Below are positions 1 through 9,830 of a stretch of 57,911 nucleotides of DNA, in pieces. Source of the DNA: an uncultured Gammaproteobacteria bacterium. GTDB taxonomy: Bacteria; Patescibacteriota; Microgenomatia; Daviesbacterales; UBA10151. The notes beneath the pieces are model-generated. The model was given only the letters and a program-made list of their open reading frames with translations. It did no database searches and was not told the origin of the DNA. Both the position numbers and the translations under genes were made by a program. The stretch's first letter is position 1. Each line of letters starts with the position of its first letter. The stretch covers positions 134,792 through 192,702 of the forward strand of contig CAZAZW010000002.1 of the NCBI GenBank assembly GCA_964489875.1, in the 5' to 3' direction.

Positions 1-1005
1 TTTTTAGCTTTAATGGTTTTGGGAATAGTGCTTGTCAGAACTTCTGGCAATATCCCCTCTCTGGCAAACCCTGGGAATATTGTTAAACCACAACAGCAAA
101 CAGAAACTCATCCTCTGCAGATTGCCGAGATGAGAAAAAAAGAATACCCTGGCAGCGAGATTACAATTGAAAAGGATCTTGGATCCGGCAGTAACTACAG
201 ACAATACCTGGCCTCTTACAGATCCGAAGGTCTGAAAATTTACGCACTTCTAACCGTACCCCAGGGTAATCCGCCGGAGGGCGGTTGGCCGGTGATTATC
301 TTTAACCATGGTTATATCCCACCGGCAGAGTATTCTACCACCGGGCGCTATGCTGCTTATACGGATGCCTTTTCCCGAAACGGCTATATTGTTTTTAAAC
401 CTGACTACCGGGGCCACGGCGATTCTGAAGGTAATCCGGAAGGAGCTTACTATTCGACAGCTTATACTACCGATGTATTAAATGCTGTAGCCTCTGTCAA
501 AAAATACGCCGGTGCAAACCCAGAAAAGATCGGTATGTGGGGACACTCAATGGGAGGAAGTATTACTTTGCGCTCTATGGTGGTGACCAAAGATATTAAA
601 GCCGGAGTGATTTGGGCCGGGGTAGTAGCATCATACGATGACATGATTAAAAATTGGAGAAGGGCAGTGCCTTTTATGCAATCTCAGCGAGAACAGGCTT
701 TCAGAAGGCCGGGGAGACAAACACTGATTGATAAATATGGTGATACTGACAAAAACCCTGATTTTTGGCAATCTATTTCACCGATATTTTTTACCAAAGA
801 TGTCTCAGGACCCATACAACTACATCATGGAACTTCGGACACTGAAGTGCCGATGCTTTTTAGCGAGAGGTTAAATGAGGCTATGAAAAACGCAGGACAA
901 AGTGTGGAGTTTTATAGTTACGGCGGTGATGACCATAATCTATCGGGGAATTTATCCCTGGCCCTCAACCGCTCGGTAGAATTTTTTGATAAGTATCTTA
1001 AATAG
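1..1005 (+). CDS. Secreted/membrane-anchored alpha/beta hydrolase (peptidase S9-like); 5' end probably outside window
   Basis: GHSMGG nucleophile elbow, HGY oxyanion motif, HGTSD and DDH catalytic Asp/His; frame open from base 1. Confidence 0.85.
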   Translation, partial: FLALMVLGIVLVRTSGNIPSLANPGNIVKPQQQTETHPLQIAEMRKKEYPGSEITIEKDLGSGSNYRQYLASYRSEGLKIYALLTVPQGNPPEGGWPVIIFNHGYIPPAEYSTTGRYAAYTDAFSRNGYIVFKPDYRGHGDSEGNPEGAYYSTAYTTDVLNAVASVKKYAGANPEKIGMWGHSMGGSITLRSMVVTKDIKAGVIWAGVVASYDDMIKNWRRAVPFMQSQREQAFRRPGRQTLIDKYGDTDKNPDFWQSISPIFFTKDVSGPIQLHHGTSDTEVPMLFSERLNEAMKNAGQSVEFYSYGGDDHNLSGNLSLALNRSVEFFDKYLK

Positions 1006-1038
1006 CTTTTAAGATCTCTGAATGGTAATCTTTATGGT

Positions 1039-1398
1039 ATGAGGTATGTTCTCCTCTTCCAAGGAACTTATTATTCAATCATGGGACTCTGGTCAATACT
1101 CAGTATTGAAACTTTTTCTGCCTTCACGGGCTACCGGGGAGATTTCTTTCTAAAGCACACGGCCGGGCTGTTATTTTCTGTCTTAGGAGCGATGTTTCTT
1201 TATTTTGCACGAAAGAATCAAATGCTAAAACCACTGGGAGTTTTTGGGCTGTTGATAGCCTTGGGAGTAATGGCGGTAGAAGTTTACTATTTACCTAGCA
1301 TTGGAAACCCATTACCTTTCCGGATAGATTTTGGACTGGAGGGAATAGTCACCGTAGCTTATCTCTTGCTATTTATTCTCAAACCCAAAACTTCTTAA
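1039..1398 (+). CDS. Small multi-pass membrane protein
   Basis: 119 aa with about four hydrophobic segments. Confidence 0.7.
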   Translation: MRYVLLFQGTYYSIMGLWSILSIETFSAFTGYRGDFFLKHTAGLLFSVLGAMFLYFARKNQMLKPLGVFGLLIALGVMAVEVYYLPSIGNPLPFRIDFGLEGIVTVAYLLLFILKPKTS

Positions 1399-1426
1399 GT
1401 AAAAACCTGTCGTTATGATAGATAGT

Positions 1427-2509
1427 CTATCTAGTATCCGAATTGAAGTTTTTGTTGTAAAATCGCACTTTTTCAAATTCAGCCTGGGCCAGGTTTTCTT
1501 TACCTATCTCCTGGTAGATTTCTCCCCTGATTTGGTAAAGTTCGGAAAAGGCCCGGTTGTAATTACCCAAAATTTTATCAGTAAGCGTAAAAACCCGGTC
1601 ATAATCTTTTAATTTTTGGTAAGCTAAGATGGGTTCAATCTGGTACCAAAGAGTCCTGAAAGGAAGTTTGACTTCCACGCTTTCAAAAGTTTCCACTGAT
1701 ATTTGGTAATCACCTAAATAATAGTAGGCAACTGAGATATTAAATTTTGTAAAGATATTATCAGGGTCTTGGGCAAGCTCTTTTTGGGCAATTTGGAGCG
1801 CTTTTCCCCAGGCAACTTGCTCATCTAAACTCTCACCTAAAATAGCCTCTGCAATAACCTGCTTATCTTTGGGAACCAGCACCAGGTATTCATAGTTAAA
1901 TCCCTGCCAAAGCTTTAGAAAATCCACATATGAATACTCTAAGTTCCCTCCCTGCAGGGAATCATCCTGGACAATTTGCCCTAAGGTATCATCGAATCCT
2001 CGGACAAGGCGATAGTGGCCGATGTCATCACCAATTTTGAGCCAGGTCCGGGTGATAACCGGCATGTCATAAGAGATAAAAAGCTTAATTTGCAGAGTGT
2101 TGCCGGCCGGCCGGTGGTAAGTCAGCAACCCATATTCTCCGGCTTTTTTCGCCAGCTCATCTAAAGTAACTGATTTATCATCATTATCCCCCTGAGGATT
2201 TTGAAAAGGCCGAAGATCCAAGCCTAATTTTTGCTGGGATTCGTTTATTCCAAAATACGTCAGGGCCATGGAGAGTGCTGCGGGGCCGCAGTTGTTAAAT
2301 GTTTGGAACACCTGCACTTTTTGGGGGATAATTTTGACGGCAGGAGGTTTATTGAGAGATATGGCCGGGGTAGTCGTGGGTGTTGGCGATGATATAATCT
2401 GCGAAGGGCTGAGTTGGGGAGAGATGGGTAACTGGCTATTGGTGGAACCCAGATAAAATCCTCCAGCCAGTAAACTTATTAAAATTGTGGACAAAATGAA
2501 CCAAATCAT
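1427..2509 (-). CDS. Peptidase C39-like protein with C-terminal TPR repeats
   Basis: N-terminal TM, P/S/T linker, QTFNNCGPA and HY motifs, TPR-like helices. Confidence 0.8.
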   Translation of the reverse strand: MIWFILSTILISLLAGGFYLGSTNSQLPISPQLSPSQIISSPTPTTTPAISLNKPPAVKIIPQKVQVFQTFNNCGPAALSMALTYFGINESQQKLGLDLRPFQNPQGDNDDKSVTLDELAKKAGEYGLLTYHRPAGNTLQIKLFISYDMPVITRTWLKIGDDIGHYRLVRGFDDTLGQIVQDDSLQGGNLEYSYVDFLKLWQGFNYEYLVLVPKDKQVIAEAILGESLDEQVAWGKALQIAQKELAQDPDNIFTKFNISVAYYYLGDYQISVETFESVEVKLPFRTLWYQIEPILAYQKLKDYDRVFTLTDKILGNYNRAFSELYQIRGEIYQEIGKENLAQAEFEKVRFYNKNFNSDTR

Positions 2510-2680
2510 AGGGCGGATATTATAACAGGACTAATCACTTTTCAGGAATAAAATCCAAGGCTAAGGAATTTATGCAGAAGCGCTTGCAGGTAGCTGTAAG
2601 GCCGTTGTTAAATACATGACCCAGAATGCTATAGTTGGCATCTTGTAAAATATCGTTGAACATGATAATTACTATTGTTA

Positions 2681-4840
2681 ATGAAGTTACTTGCTTTTCT
2701 CTTTTCCCTCTTTATTGTTTTAAGTTGTTCATTTTTGATTGTCCCAAAGGCACAGGCTGCTTCTAGTTTAGCAAACGGGATCGCTGGATTTTGGAAATTA
2801 AATGAGACTGGTGGGGTAAGGTCAGACAGCGTTGGCAGCAATAATCTTTCGGATGTAAACTTTGTGACCTCTGCAGTTGGCAGAGTTGGGAATGCAGCGA
2901 ACTTTGACGAAACCAACAGGTATTTAAGTATCCCTGATAATCCATCTCTTAGTACCGGGGATGTTGATTTTACTATTGCCGCCTGGGTTTATATAAATTC
3001 GCTTCCCACAACTTCTTTTCAGGATTATGTAGGTAAATTTGATGCTGCTTCAAACAACCGCGAGTACCTCTTATTATATTACTATTCAGCCAAAAAATTC
3101 GCCTTCAGCGTTTCAAGCGATGGAACAAATCCAAACACCAAAACTGTAACCGTCAGTTCTCCTAATCCTCCACTAGCATCAAACTGGTATTTTCTCGTAG
3201 CCTGGCATAACAGTATCAATAATACCCTTAATCTCCAGGTAAACAATGGTAAGCCTCAGACTCTTTCTTACAGCTCCGGTGTTTTTGACAGTACCGCCCC
3301 GTTTACAATCGGCAAGAGGTATTCCGGGCCAACAGCCTATATGAACGGTAGAATAGACGCGGTGGGTTTTTGGAAAAGGGTTTTGACGAGCTCGGAGCGG
3401 ACAGAACTTTACAACTCAGGTAATGGCTTAGAATATCCTTTTTCAACCACCCAGGACTCAATTGCAATTACCAGTCCCGTCGATTACAGGATATTTCAAA
3501 GGGATAGTAGCAGCAAAGCCGACATAACGGTTACCGGTACATATGTCGGATCTCCGAGCGCGATAGAGGCTTCATGGAATAACGGGCCTTATTCTACAAT
3601 TGTTTCCAATCCGTCAGGAGGAAGCTTTTCAGGGATACTTGCAGACCAAACCGCCGGCCAGGGAACACTAACAGTCAGGTTTACCAATGATCAGACTGCT
3701 ACTGCCTCCAAAAATTATATCGGTATCGGAGATATTTTTGTTATTGCCGGGCAAAGCAATGCTGTCGGAGAGGGAATAAAAAATCAAGTTTATTCAAATC
3801 CCACCCTTAAAGCTTCCTTATTCGGTAACGATGACAAGTGGAAAGAGCTGGTTGATCCGGTAGACAGTCCAATAGGTCAAGTTGATTCTATCAGTTACGA
3901 TAGTGGTGTCGGCGGGTCGGTTTGGCCCCGTTTGGCAACGTATCTCCTTGCCAATCAAAATGTTCCGGTTGCCTTTATTCCGACGGCACAAGGTGGAACA
4001 AGTATCGAAAGATGGCAAAAAACAAATTCTACAAAATCAGGGGGTTTAAATTTATACGGATCAATGGCTCGGCGGATAAACGCCGTGGGTGGGAAAATAA
4101 AGGCTGTATTGCTCTGGCAGGGGGAAAGGAACGCCATGCTCTGCGATGCTTCGGCAACTTGCAACCAGACTGCGTATAAGGCCCTGTTAACTACTTTTGC
4201 AAACGACGTTTTTGCGGATTTCGGTACCAAAACGGTAGTTGCCCAAATTGGCAACCGTGACGGAGCGACCTCGGTGGGTTTAAATAACATCCGGGTGGCT
4301 CAGCAGTCAGCTTGGGATGACGGTGGTAATATCCTACCTGGCCCGGCTCTGTATGACGTAAACCTGTACACTGAATTTGTGGGCTCAGGTGAAGACGGGA
4401 CTCATTTTAGATCTGATGCCGATATCCAAACAGCGGCCAACCGCTGGTGGGTGGCGATGAATATGGATTTTTACGGCGGAGCAGGCGGCAGGGGGCCAAA
4501 AGTGAGTGCTGCCCAGTCCAATGCCGCCAGGACAAAAATCGCTGTCTCATTTACAAGCAGTTCTTTGCCGGTGATGCCTCCGGTTACCAGCTTAACCGGA
4601 TTTGAAGTTCTGGATGGTGGAGCGCAAAAAACAATTTCGAGTATTACCCAACTCATTCCTAATCAGCTGCTTATAAATCTTGAATCCTCAGCCAGTGGTA
4701 CCCTGACTCTTTCACTCAAAACTTCAAGCTCGGCGCCTTTTGCTCCCTGGCCGACTGTCCCGACCGACAGCAGTATATACAGCCTTCCGGCAGAGGTATT
4801 TATGGATATGTCTGTTCCAACGTCCCCTGACCAATGGTAA
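2681..4840 (+). CDS. Secreted LamG + sialate O-acetylesterase (SGNH/DUF303) protein
   Basis: Signal peptide; LamG motifs (FTIAAWV, NGRIDAVGFWKRVLT); AGQSNA, WQGE and DGTH esterase motifs. Confidence 0.8.
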   Translation: MKLLAFLFSLFIVLSCSFLIVPKAQAASSLANGIAGFWKLNETGGVRSDSVGSNNLSDVNFVTSAVGRVGNAANFDETNRYLSIPDNPSLSTGDVDFTIAAWVYINSLPTTSFQDYVGKFDAASNNREYLLLYYYSAKKFAFSVSSDGTNPNTKTVTVSSPNPPLASNWYFLVAWHNSINNTLNLQVNNGKPQTLSYSSGVFDSTAPFTIGKRYSGPTAYMNGRIDAVGFWKRVLTSSERTELYNSGNGLEYPFSTTQDSIAITSPVDYRIFQRDSSSKADITVTGTYVGSPSAIEASWNNGPYSTIVSNPSGGSFSGILADQTAGQGTLTVRFTNDQTATASKNYIGIGDIFVIAGQSNAVGEGIKNQVYSNPTLKASLFGNDDKWKELVDPVDSPIGQVDSISYDSGVGGSVWPRLATYLLANQNVPVAFIPTAQGGTSIERWQKTNSTKSGGLNLYGSMARRINAVGGKIKAVLLWQGERNAMLCDASATCNQTAYKALLTTFANDVFADFGTKTVVAQIGNRDGATSVGLNNIRVAQQSAWDDGGNILPGPALYDVNLYTEFVGSGEDGTHFRSDADIQTAANRWWVAMNMDFYGGAGGRGPKVSAAQSNAARTKIAVSFTSSSLPVMPPVTSLTGFEVLDGGAQKTISSITQLIPNQLLINLESSASGTLTLSLKTSSSAPFAPWPTVPTDSSIYSLPAEVFMDMSVPTSPDQW

Positions 4841-4858
4841 ACAACATAAATTTTTCCT

Positions 4859-5242
4859 TTAGTGTTCGGGGATAAAATTCAGCGCTAGGGAGTTAATACA
4901 AAATCGTTTGCCTGTTTTGGTTGGGCCGTCGTCAAAAACATGGCCTAAGTGGGAGCCACAGGTTTTGCACAGCACCTCGATGCGTCTTGCCCCTATAGAA
5001 TCATCTTCCTCAAAGGCTATGTTTTCATTTTTTGATGGCTTGTCAAAAGAAGGCCAGCCGGTTGCCGAATCAAACTTGGCTCTAGAGGAAAACAGGGGAG
5101 TGTTACAAACTACACAGGCGTACATTCCAGGCTCATGATTGTTAGTGTATTTGCCGGAAAAAGGCGGCTCAGTCCCTTTCAGGAAACAAATATTGTATTG
5201 ATCAGGTGTTAATTTCTTTTTTAGATCATTAATGTTTTTCAA
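4859..5242 (-). CDS. msrB: Methionine-R-sulfoxide reductase
   Basis: GTEPPFSG, CxxC pairs, [21 protein letters not shown]. Confidence 0.97.
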   Translation of the reverse strand: MKNINDLKKKLTPDQYNICFLKGTEPPFSGKYTNNHEPGMYACVVCNTPLFSSRAKFDSATGWPSFDKPSKNENIAFEEDDSIGARRIEVLCKTCGSHLGHVFDDGPTKTGKRFCINSLALNFIPEH

Positions 5243-5759
5243 GATATTTCTCCTTCACATCTCCATTAAATTTATCCAGGAGTTTTTGGATTTTCGGATC
5301 TATGACAATTGAACAGTAGGAATTTAAACTTTTGTTTCTTTCATAATAATTTTGGTGATATTCCTCGGCTGTATAAAACTTAGTAAAAGGTCTTATTTCA
5401 GTCACAATCTTGTCATCTTTTCTTTTGGATTCTTCTGCAATGCTTTTTTGCTCCTTGTTGTGATAAAAAATCGCCGACCGGTATTGGATACCAACATCAG
5501 AGCCTTGACGGTTTAGTGTTGTCGGATCATGGATAACCCAAAAGATATCTAATAATTTACCAAAGGAGATGACTTTTGGATCAAACTTAATCTGGACAGC
5601 TTCGGCATGGCCGGTCTCACCCGTTGATACTTCTTCATAAGACGGATCCGCCATTTCTCCTCCGGCATATCCGGAAACCACAGAAATTACCCCTTTAAGC
5701 CTTTTAAAAATAGCTTCCGTGCACCAAAAACAACCACCTGCCAAAGTAGCTAATTCCAT
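5229..5759 (-). CDS. msrA: Methionine-S-sulfoxide reductase
   Basis: [29 protein letters not shown]. Confidence 0.97.
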   Translation of the reverse strand: MELATLAGGCFWCTEAIFKRLKGVISVVSGYAGGEMADPSYEEVSTGETGHAEAVQIKFDPKVISFGKLLDIFWVIHDPTTLNRQGSDVGIQYRSAIFYHNKEQKSIAEESKRKDDKIVTEIRPFTKFYTAEEYHQNYYERNKSLNSYCSIVIDPKIQKLLDKFNGDVKEKYLEKH

Positions 5760-5882
5760 AATTTATTTATACTATTTGGAGAAGATTATTTCTGTGATAT
5801 AGACTACACTCTGTTCAGCTTTTAAAGACACAACCAGCTTTCACTGGCTGTATCTTTGACTAACCAACCTTCCTCTAAATCC

Positions 5883-6509
5883 TTACATCAAGCTTTGCAG
5901 AAAAGCTATGATTTGGCTAAGTAGACTACTCACAGAACTACCTGCCGCATTAGCCTCCAACTCAACTCCATTGGCTTTTATTTCCCTTGCCAAGAGAGTC
6001 CCGTCTGCTGCCACTACTCCCTCAACCTTGATCACTTCACCCACCTCAATAGTACCTTCCTGCTCAAAGTTAGCTACGGCACTAGGGTTGATGGTAACAA
6101 CATGACCATCAATAGTTACTGTCCCACCGGTAAAGGCTGTAACAATTCCGGTAACCTCGAAGGTATTGCCTTCAATTTCAAACTCAGGAAATTCGTCTTC
6201 CGCTTCTTCAGCTCCTCTTATTTCAATCCGGACACGGTCTCCGTCATTCCGCGTTTCAACTCGGACTCGGTTGGCATCTTCGGGGATATCCAAGCCGTTC
6301 AATAGGCTCACGGCATCTTCAACACTACCGTCGCCTCTGACTTCAACACGAACCCGATTTTCGTCAGGTTCATCCTCACCGGCTCTTACCTCTATCCGAA
6401 CCCGGTCATCTCCGCCCGATCCGCTACTGCCGCCATGAGCAAAGGTTAAACCTGCTGAAGCTAACAAACCTAAGAATGCTACTGCTAAAACTGCCAGTAT
6501 CTTTTGCAT
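5883..6509 (-). CDS. Secreted acidic DUF5666-like (OB-fold) protein
   Basis: Signal peptide; repeated RVR(I/V)E(V/I)R segments; VGEVIKVEG...LLAREI motif; AGGAGGTG RBS. Confidence 0.7.
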   Translation of the reverse strand: MQKILAVLAVAFLGLLASAGLTFAHGGSSGSGGDDRVRIEVRAGEDEPDENRVRVEVRGDGSVEDAVSLLNGLDIPEDANRVRVETRNDGDRVRIEIRGAEEAEDEFPEFEIEGNTFEVTGIVTAFTGGTVTIDGHVVTINPSAVANFEQEGTIEVGEVIKVEGVVAADGTLLAREIKANGVELEANAAGSSVSSLLSQIIAFLQSLM

Positions 6510-6540
6510 TTTTCTCACCTCCTAATCTTTCTAACAATAA

Positions 6541-6569
6541 ATATAACGGCAAAACCAATAGATTGTTAC
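6541..6569 (-). promoter_or_regulatory. Putative ECF sigma promoter GTAACAA-N13-CCGTTATAT
   Basis: Same boxes and spacing as the copy at 7082-7110; lies upstream of a DUF5666-like gene. Confidence 0.7.
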
Positions 6570-6629
6570 TTAAAAAGAATCGGTGTAATTGGATGAGTTG
6601 CGATCACACCGATCCTTCTTCCACCCACC

Positions 6630-7046
6630 TCAATCTTCATCCACGTCCTCTATTTCCAGCTCATCAATATCCTCAGCCTCTTCTAGCTCATCAACTTTGA
6701 CCTCTTCGGCAAAGTTGACTCCGTCCACCACCATACCTTCAGCCTCAACCTCTGCCCCCACCATCAAGTCACCTTCCACAACGGCTGGGTCAGCCATCAC
6801 TGTGAATCCATCAACCGCAAAGGAATCTCCTCCCACCGCTGTTACCATGCCTTCGGTCTTAAACTCATCTGCTTTAACTTCAAACCTAAAGTCTCCGTCC
6901 CTAATCTTAAGCTCATCTCCCTCAGCTTCAAACCTAAAATCTCCTTCCCTGACCTCAAGCTTTGGCTCATCACTTGCCAGAGCCACTGCCGGAAAGACCA
7001 AAAGCGCAAATACCGCCAGTCCTAAAACCTTTTTGAGTACGTTCAT
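6630..7046 (-). CDS. Secreted acidic DUF5666-like protein
   Basis: Signal peptide; duplicated R(E/D)GDFRFE motif; VGAEVEAEG motif. Confidence 0.7.
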   Translation of the reverse strand: MNVLKKVLGLAVFALLVFPAVALASDEPKLEVREGDFRFEAEGDELKIRDGDFRFEVKADEFKTEGMVTAVGGDSFAVDGFTVMADPAVVEGDLMVGAEVEAEGMVVDGVNFAEEVKVDELEEAEDIDELEIEDVDED

Positions 7047-7081
7047 TTATTCTCACCCCCCTCTATACTCTTGTACAAAAT

Positions 7082-7110
7082 ATATAACGGAAAAGAGGCA
7101 AAGTTGTTAC
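7082..7110 (-). promoter_or_regulatory. Putative ECF sigma promoter GTAACAA-N13-CCGTTATAT
   Basis: Second copy; divergent from the ECF sigma gene. Confidence 0.7.
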
Positions 7111-7159
7111 AAATCTTATTTTAAGACGTTTAATATACGGAAGAGATATAATATGTGGT

Positions 7160-7699
7160 ATGTCAGACAAGCTGGAAAGAGTAATAGAGAAAGCAAAAGG
7201 GGGAGATAAGGATGCCTTTGGAAAACTTTACATACTATTTAGGAATCGGATTTTCCGTTATACTTATTACCTTATTTTTGACAGGGACCTGGCTGAGGAC
7301 CTTACCCAGCTTACTTTTCTTAAAGCCTGGCTGGCGATACCCCATTTTTCTACAAGAAAGGGAACGTTACAGTCCTATCTTTACGCAATTGCCAGGAATT
7401 TGGTTATTGACTATCAAAGACGGAAAAAGGAGGTTTCCTTGGAAGATGTGGCCGAGCCCAGTTATGAAGTCAACTTTGAAGATGCTTTGATTAAGGAGGA
7501 GAACGTAAAAATGGTCAAAACTTTGCTCAATGGACTGGACGGTGAAGAAAAACAACTGGTAATATTTCGTTACTTTGAAGAACTGCACCTCGGTGAAATT
7601 GCCCATATTTTACACAAAAAAGAGGGGGCAGTCAGGGTAAGGCTACACCGGATTTTACAAAAACTTAAAGAAAGGGTAAAAGGGAGTTATGGATATTGA
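7160..7699 (+). CDS. ECF RNA polymerase sigma-70 factor
   Basis: Region 2 (AEDLTQLTFLKAW, YLYAIARN) and region 4 HTH (EIAHIL...VRVRLHR). Confidence 0.93.
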   Translation: MSDKLERVIEKAKGGDKDAFGKLYILFRNRIFRYTYYLIFDRDLAEDLTQLTFLKAWLAIPHFSTRKGTLQSYLYAIARNLVIDYQRRKKEVSLEDVAEPSYEVNFEDALIKEENVKMVKTLLNGLDGEEKQLVIFRYFEELHLGEIAHILHKKEGAVRVRLHRILQKLKERVKGSYGY

Positions 7700-8333
7700 A
7701 CAAAAGTTAAAAAAATTTAAAAAAGCCTACCTGGAAACAGAACCCTCTCAGGAATTTTTAGAGGAGGGCTGGCAGGATCTGCAGGAAAAGATAGCTCACA
7801 CGGAACAAACTAGACGGCGTTTCTACGCTTTTTACTCCCGTCCAGTGGTTTTTGCAACCACGCTTATCTTTATTTTAGGCAGTTTTGTCGGCTTGGTGGG
7901 GGCTTCTGGTAATTCGTTACCGGGCGAGCCGCTTTATCCTTTAAAAAGGCTGTCAGAGGATACGATTAGCCTCACCACCGGTAATAATTTAGTGAAAGTT
8001 GACAACCGAGCCAAAGAAATTATTAAGTTAAGCGAAGATAAAAAGGGTAACAGTAAATTGCAAAAAGCGGTGGCGGAATATAAAACAGCAGTTTTTGAGG
8101 CTACCCGATCTGGGAGAAACAAACAAGAGGTGGAAGAAGAGTTGGAGCAAAACGAGACAGAATTCCGTCAAAGACAAGGTACATCTTCAGATGAATATCT
8201 TCAGGAAGCTATAGAGACCTCCAGAAAAGGCCGCAATGTAGGAGATGGTCAAGAGGAAAATAGGGAAGATCAGTCAGGTGAGGAATCTAAGGACGAAGAA
8301 GACCGCTCCGGTTCCGATTCAGGTAAAAATTAA
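7689..8333 (+). CDS. Putative anti-sigma factor (TM + DUF5667-like domain)
   Basis: Overlaps sigma gene; one TM; SLPGEPLYPLKRLSE motif. Confidence 0.7.
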   Translation: MDIEQKLKKFKKAYLETEPSQEFLEEGWQDLQEKIAHTEQTRRRFYAFYSRPVVFATTLIFILGSFVGLVGASGNSLPGEPLYPLKRLSEDTISLTTGNNLVKVDNRAKEIIKLSEDKKGNSKLQKAVAEYKTAVFEATRSGRNKQEVEEELEQNETEFRQRQGTSSDEYLQEAIETSRKGRNVGDGQEENREDQSGEESKDEEDRSGSDSGKN

Positions 8334-8349
8334 ATTGTATAATACTCCC

Positions 8350-9546
8350 ATGGATTTGAAGAAAATAGCAGTCATCTCTTATCATACTTGCCCGCTTTCA
8401 GATGAGAAAAATGCGGAAGTAGGAGGCATGAATACATATGTTTTGGAACTCTCCAGAGCTCTTTCGCAAAAAGGGGCTGTTATTGATATTTATACACGCT
8501 GTGTAGACAAAAACAGCCCTGCTGTTGTTAATCTAAACCCTAATCTTCGTATTATCCATTTAATTGCCGGACCACCGATTAAAATCCCCAAAGAGAAATT
8601 AATTCCGTATATTTCCCAATTTTTAAATAGTTTTTATAAGTTTACTAATACAGAAAGCTCATCTTACGATTTAATCAGCGCTCACTATTATCTCTCGGGT
8701 TTAATTGGCCTTAAATTAAAAAAGAAATTACATTTACCTCTGCTGATGACTTTCCATACTCTGGCTTTAATGAAAAACCTGGCGGAAAAGCTGGAAAACT
8801 ACCAAAGAATTGGATTTGAATCCCTTCTGGTAAAAAATTCAAATAAAATTATTGCCACCAGTGAAGCGGATCTGGAATATATACACGCACTCTATGACTG
8901 CCCCTTAAGGAAAATATCCATCCTCACTCCCGGTGTTGATCTAAAAGTTTTCAGGCCGATTGAGAAAAAACTGGCAAAAAAATCCATTAAGGCAAGCCTA
9001 AACCATAAACTAATCCTGTTTGTGGGCCGAATTGTTCCTCTCAAAGGTATTGATGTGCTCCTTTATGCCATGAAAATCCTGGTTAAGAGAAATCCGAAAC
9101 TGACTATTTGTCTTTGGATTATAGGTGAGGAGTCTAAGGAATCAAAACGCCTTGTTCTACTTCGAAAACTACTTAAGATTGGAGCCCTTGTTAAGTTCGT
9201 GGGCAAAATGGATCAGCGGAAATTACCCAACTATTATAATGCTTCCGAAGTACTGGTTCTACCCTCACAATATGAATCGTTTGGAACTGTGGCACTGGAG
9301 GCCATGGCTTGCGGAACACCGGTTATTACCACCGATGTTGCAGGAATTTCCCATTTATTGGATAAAAAACACTCGCAGCTTTTAACTTCTGCCAGTAACC
9401 CGATAATGTTGGCCAGAAAAATAAATCACTTGCTTACAGATGATAGCGAACATAAAAAAATGAGTAATGAAGTATCCAAAAAGGTCCGGGATTTAAGTTG
9501 GGAAGATATTGCCAATCAGTTTAATAAAAATATCTTACAATTCTAA
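8350..9546 (+). CDS. GT4 glycosyltransferase (MshA-like)
   Basis: HTCP..GGMNTYV, HYYLSG, FVGRI..KG, ESFGTVALEAMACG. Confidence 0.9.
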   Translation: MDLKKIAVISYHTCPLSDEKNAEVGGMNTYVLELSRALSQKGAVIDIYTRCVDKNSPAVVNLNPNLRIIHLIAGPPIKIPKEKLIPYISQFLNSFYKFTNTESSSYDLISAHYYLSGLIGLKLKKKLHLPLLMTFHTLALMKNLAEKLENYQRIGFESLLVKNSNKIIATSEADLEYIHALYDCPLRKISILTPGVDLKVFRPIEKKLAKKSIKASLNHKLILFVGRIVPLKGIDVLLYAMKILVKRNPKLTICLWIIGEESKESKRLVLLRKLLKIGALVKFVGKMDQRKLPNYYNASEVLVLPSQYESFGTVALEAMACGTPVITTDVAGISHLLDKKHSQLLTSASNPIMLARKINHLLTDDSEHKKMSNEVSKKVRDLSWEDIANQFNKNILQF

Positions 9547-9608
9547 TACTTATTTTTTATGATTTTATCACTCATCTTATAGATAATTAGTTAGAAACGG
9601 GAAAAGAG

Positions 9609-9830
9609 GTGAATAAAATGACAGATTCAAATGAAATTGCTTTTGGAGATAAACATCTTAACCCATTTGCTACAGGATTAGCAGGATTGCTTATTGGGGC
9701 TGGTGTTGGTGCTGCTACTACAAAGGTTCTTTCCGATAAAAAGATGAGGGATAAGCTAATGCATGCAATCTTCGAAGCCGGTGAGAAAGTAGGGGACTAC
9801 TTTAAAACACCACGAAAAAAGGCTAGTTAA
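9609..9830 (+). CDS. Small YtxH-like membrane protein
   Basis: GLLIGAGVGAA glycine-zipper segment. Confidence 0.55.
   Translation: MNKMTDSNEIAFGDKHLNPFATGLAGLLIGAGVGAATTKVLSDKKMRDKLMHAIFEAGEKVGDYFKTPRKKAS

Noticed and set aside
6589-7209. 206-aa Ser-rich plus-strand ORF
   Set aside because: Antisense shadow of the acidic DUF5666-like gene at 6630-7046
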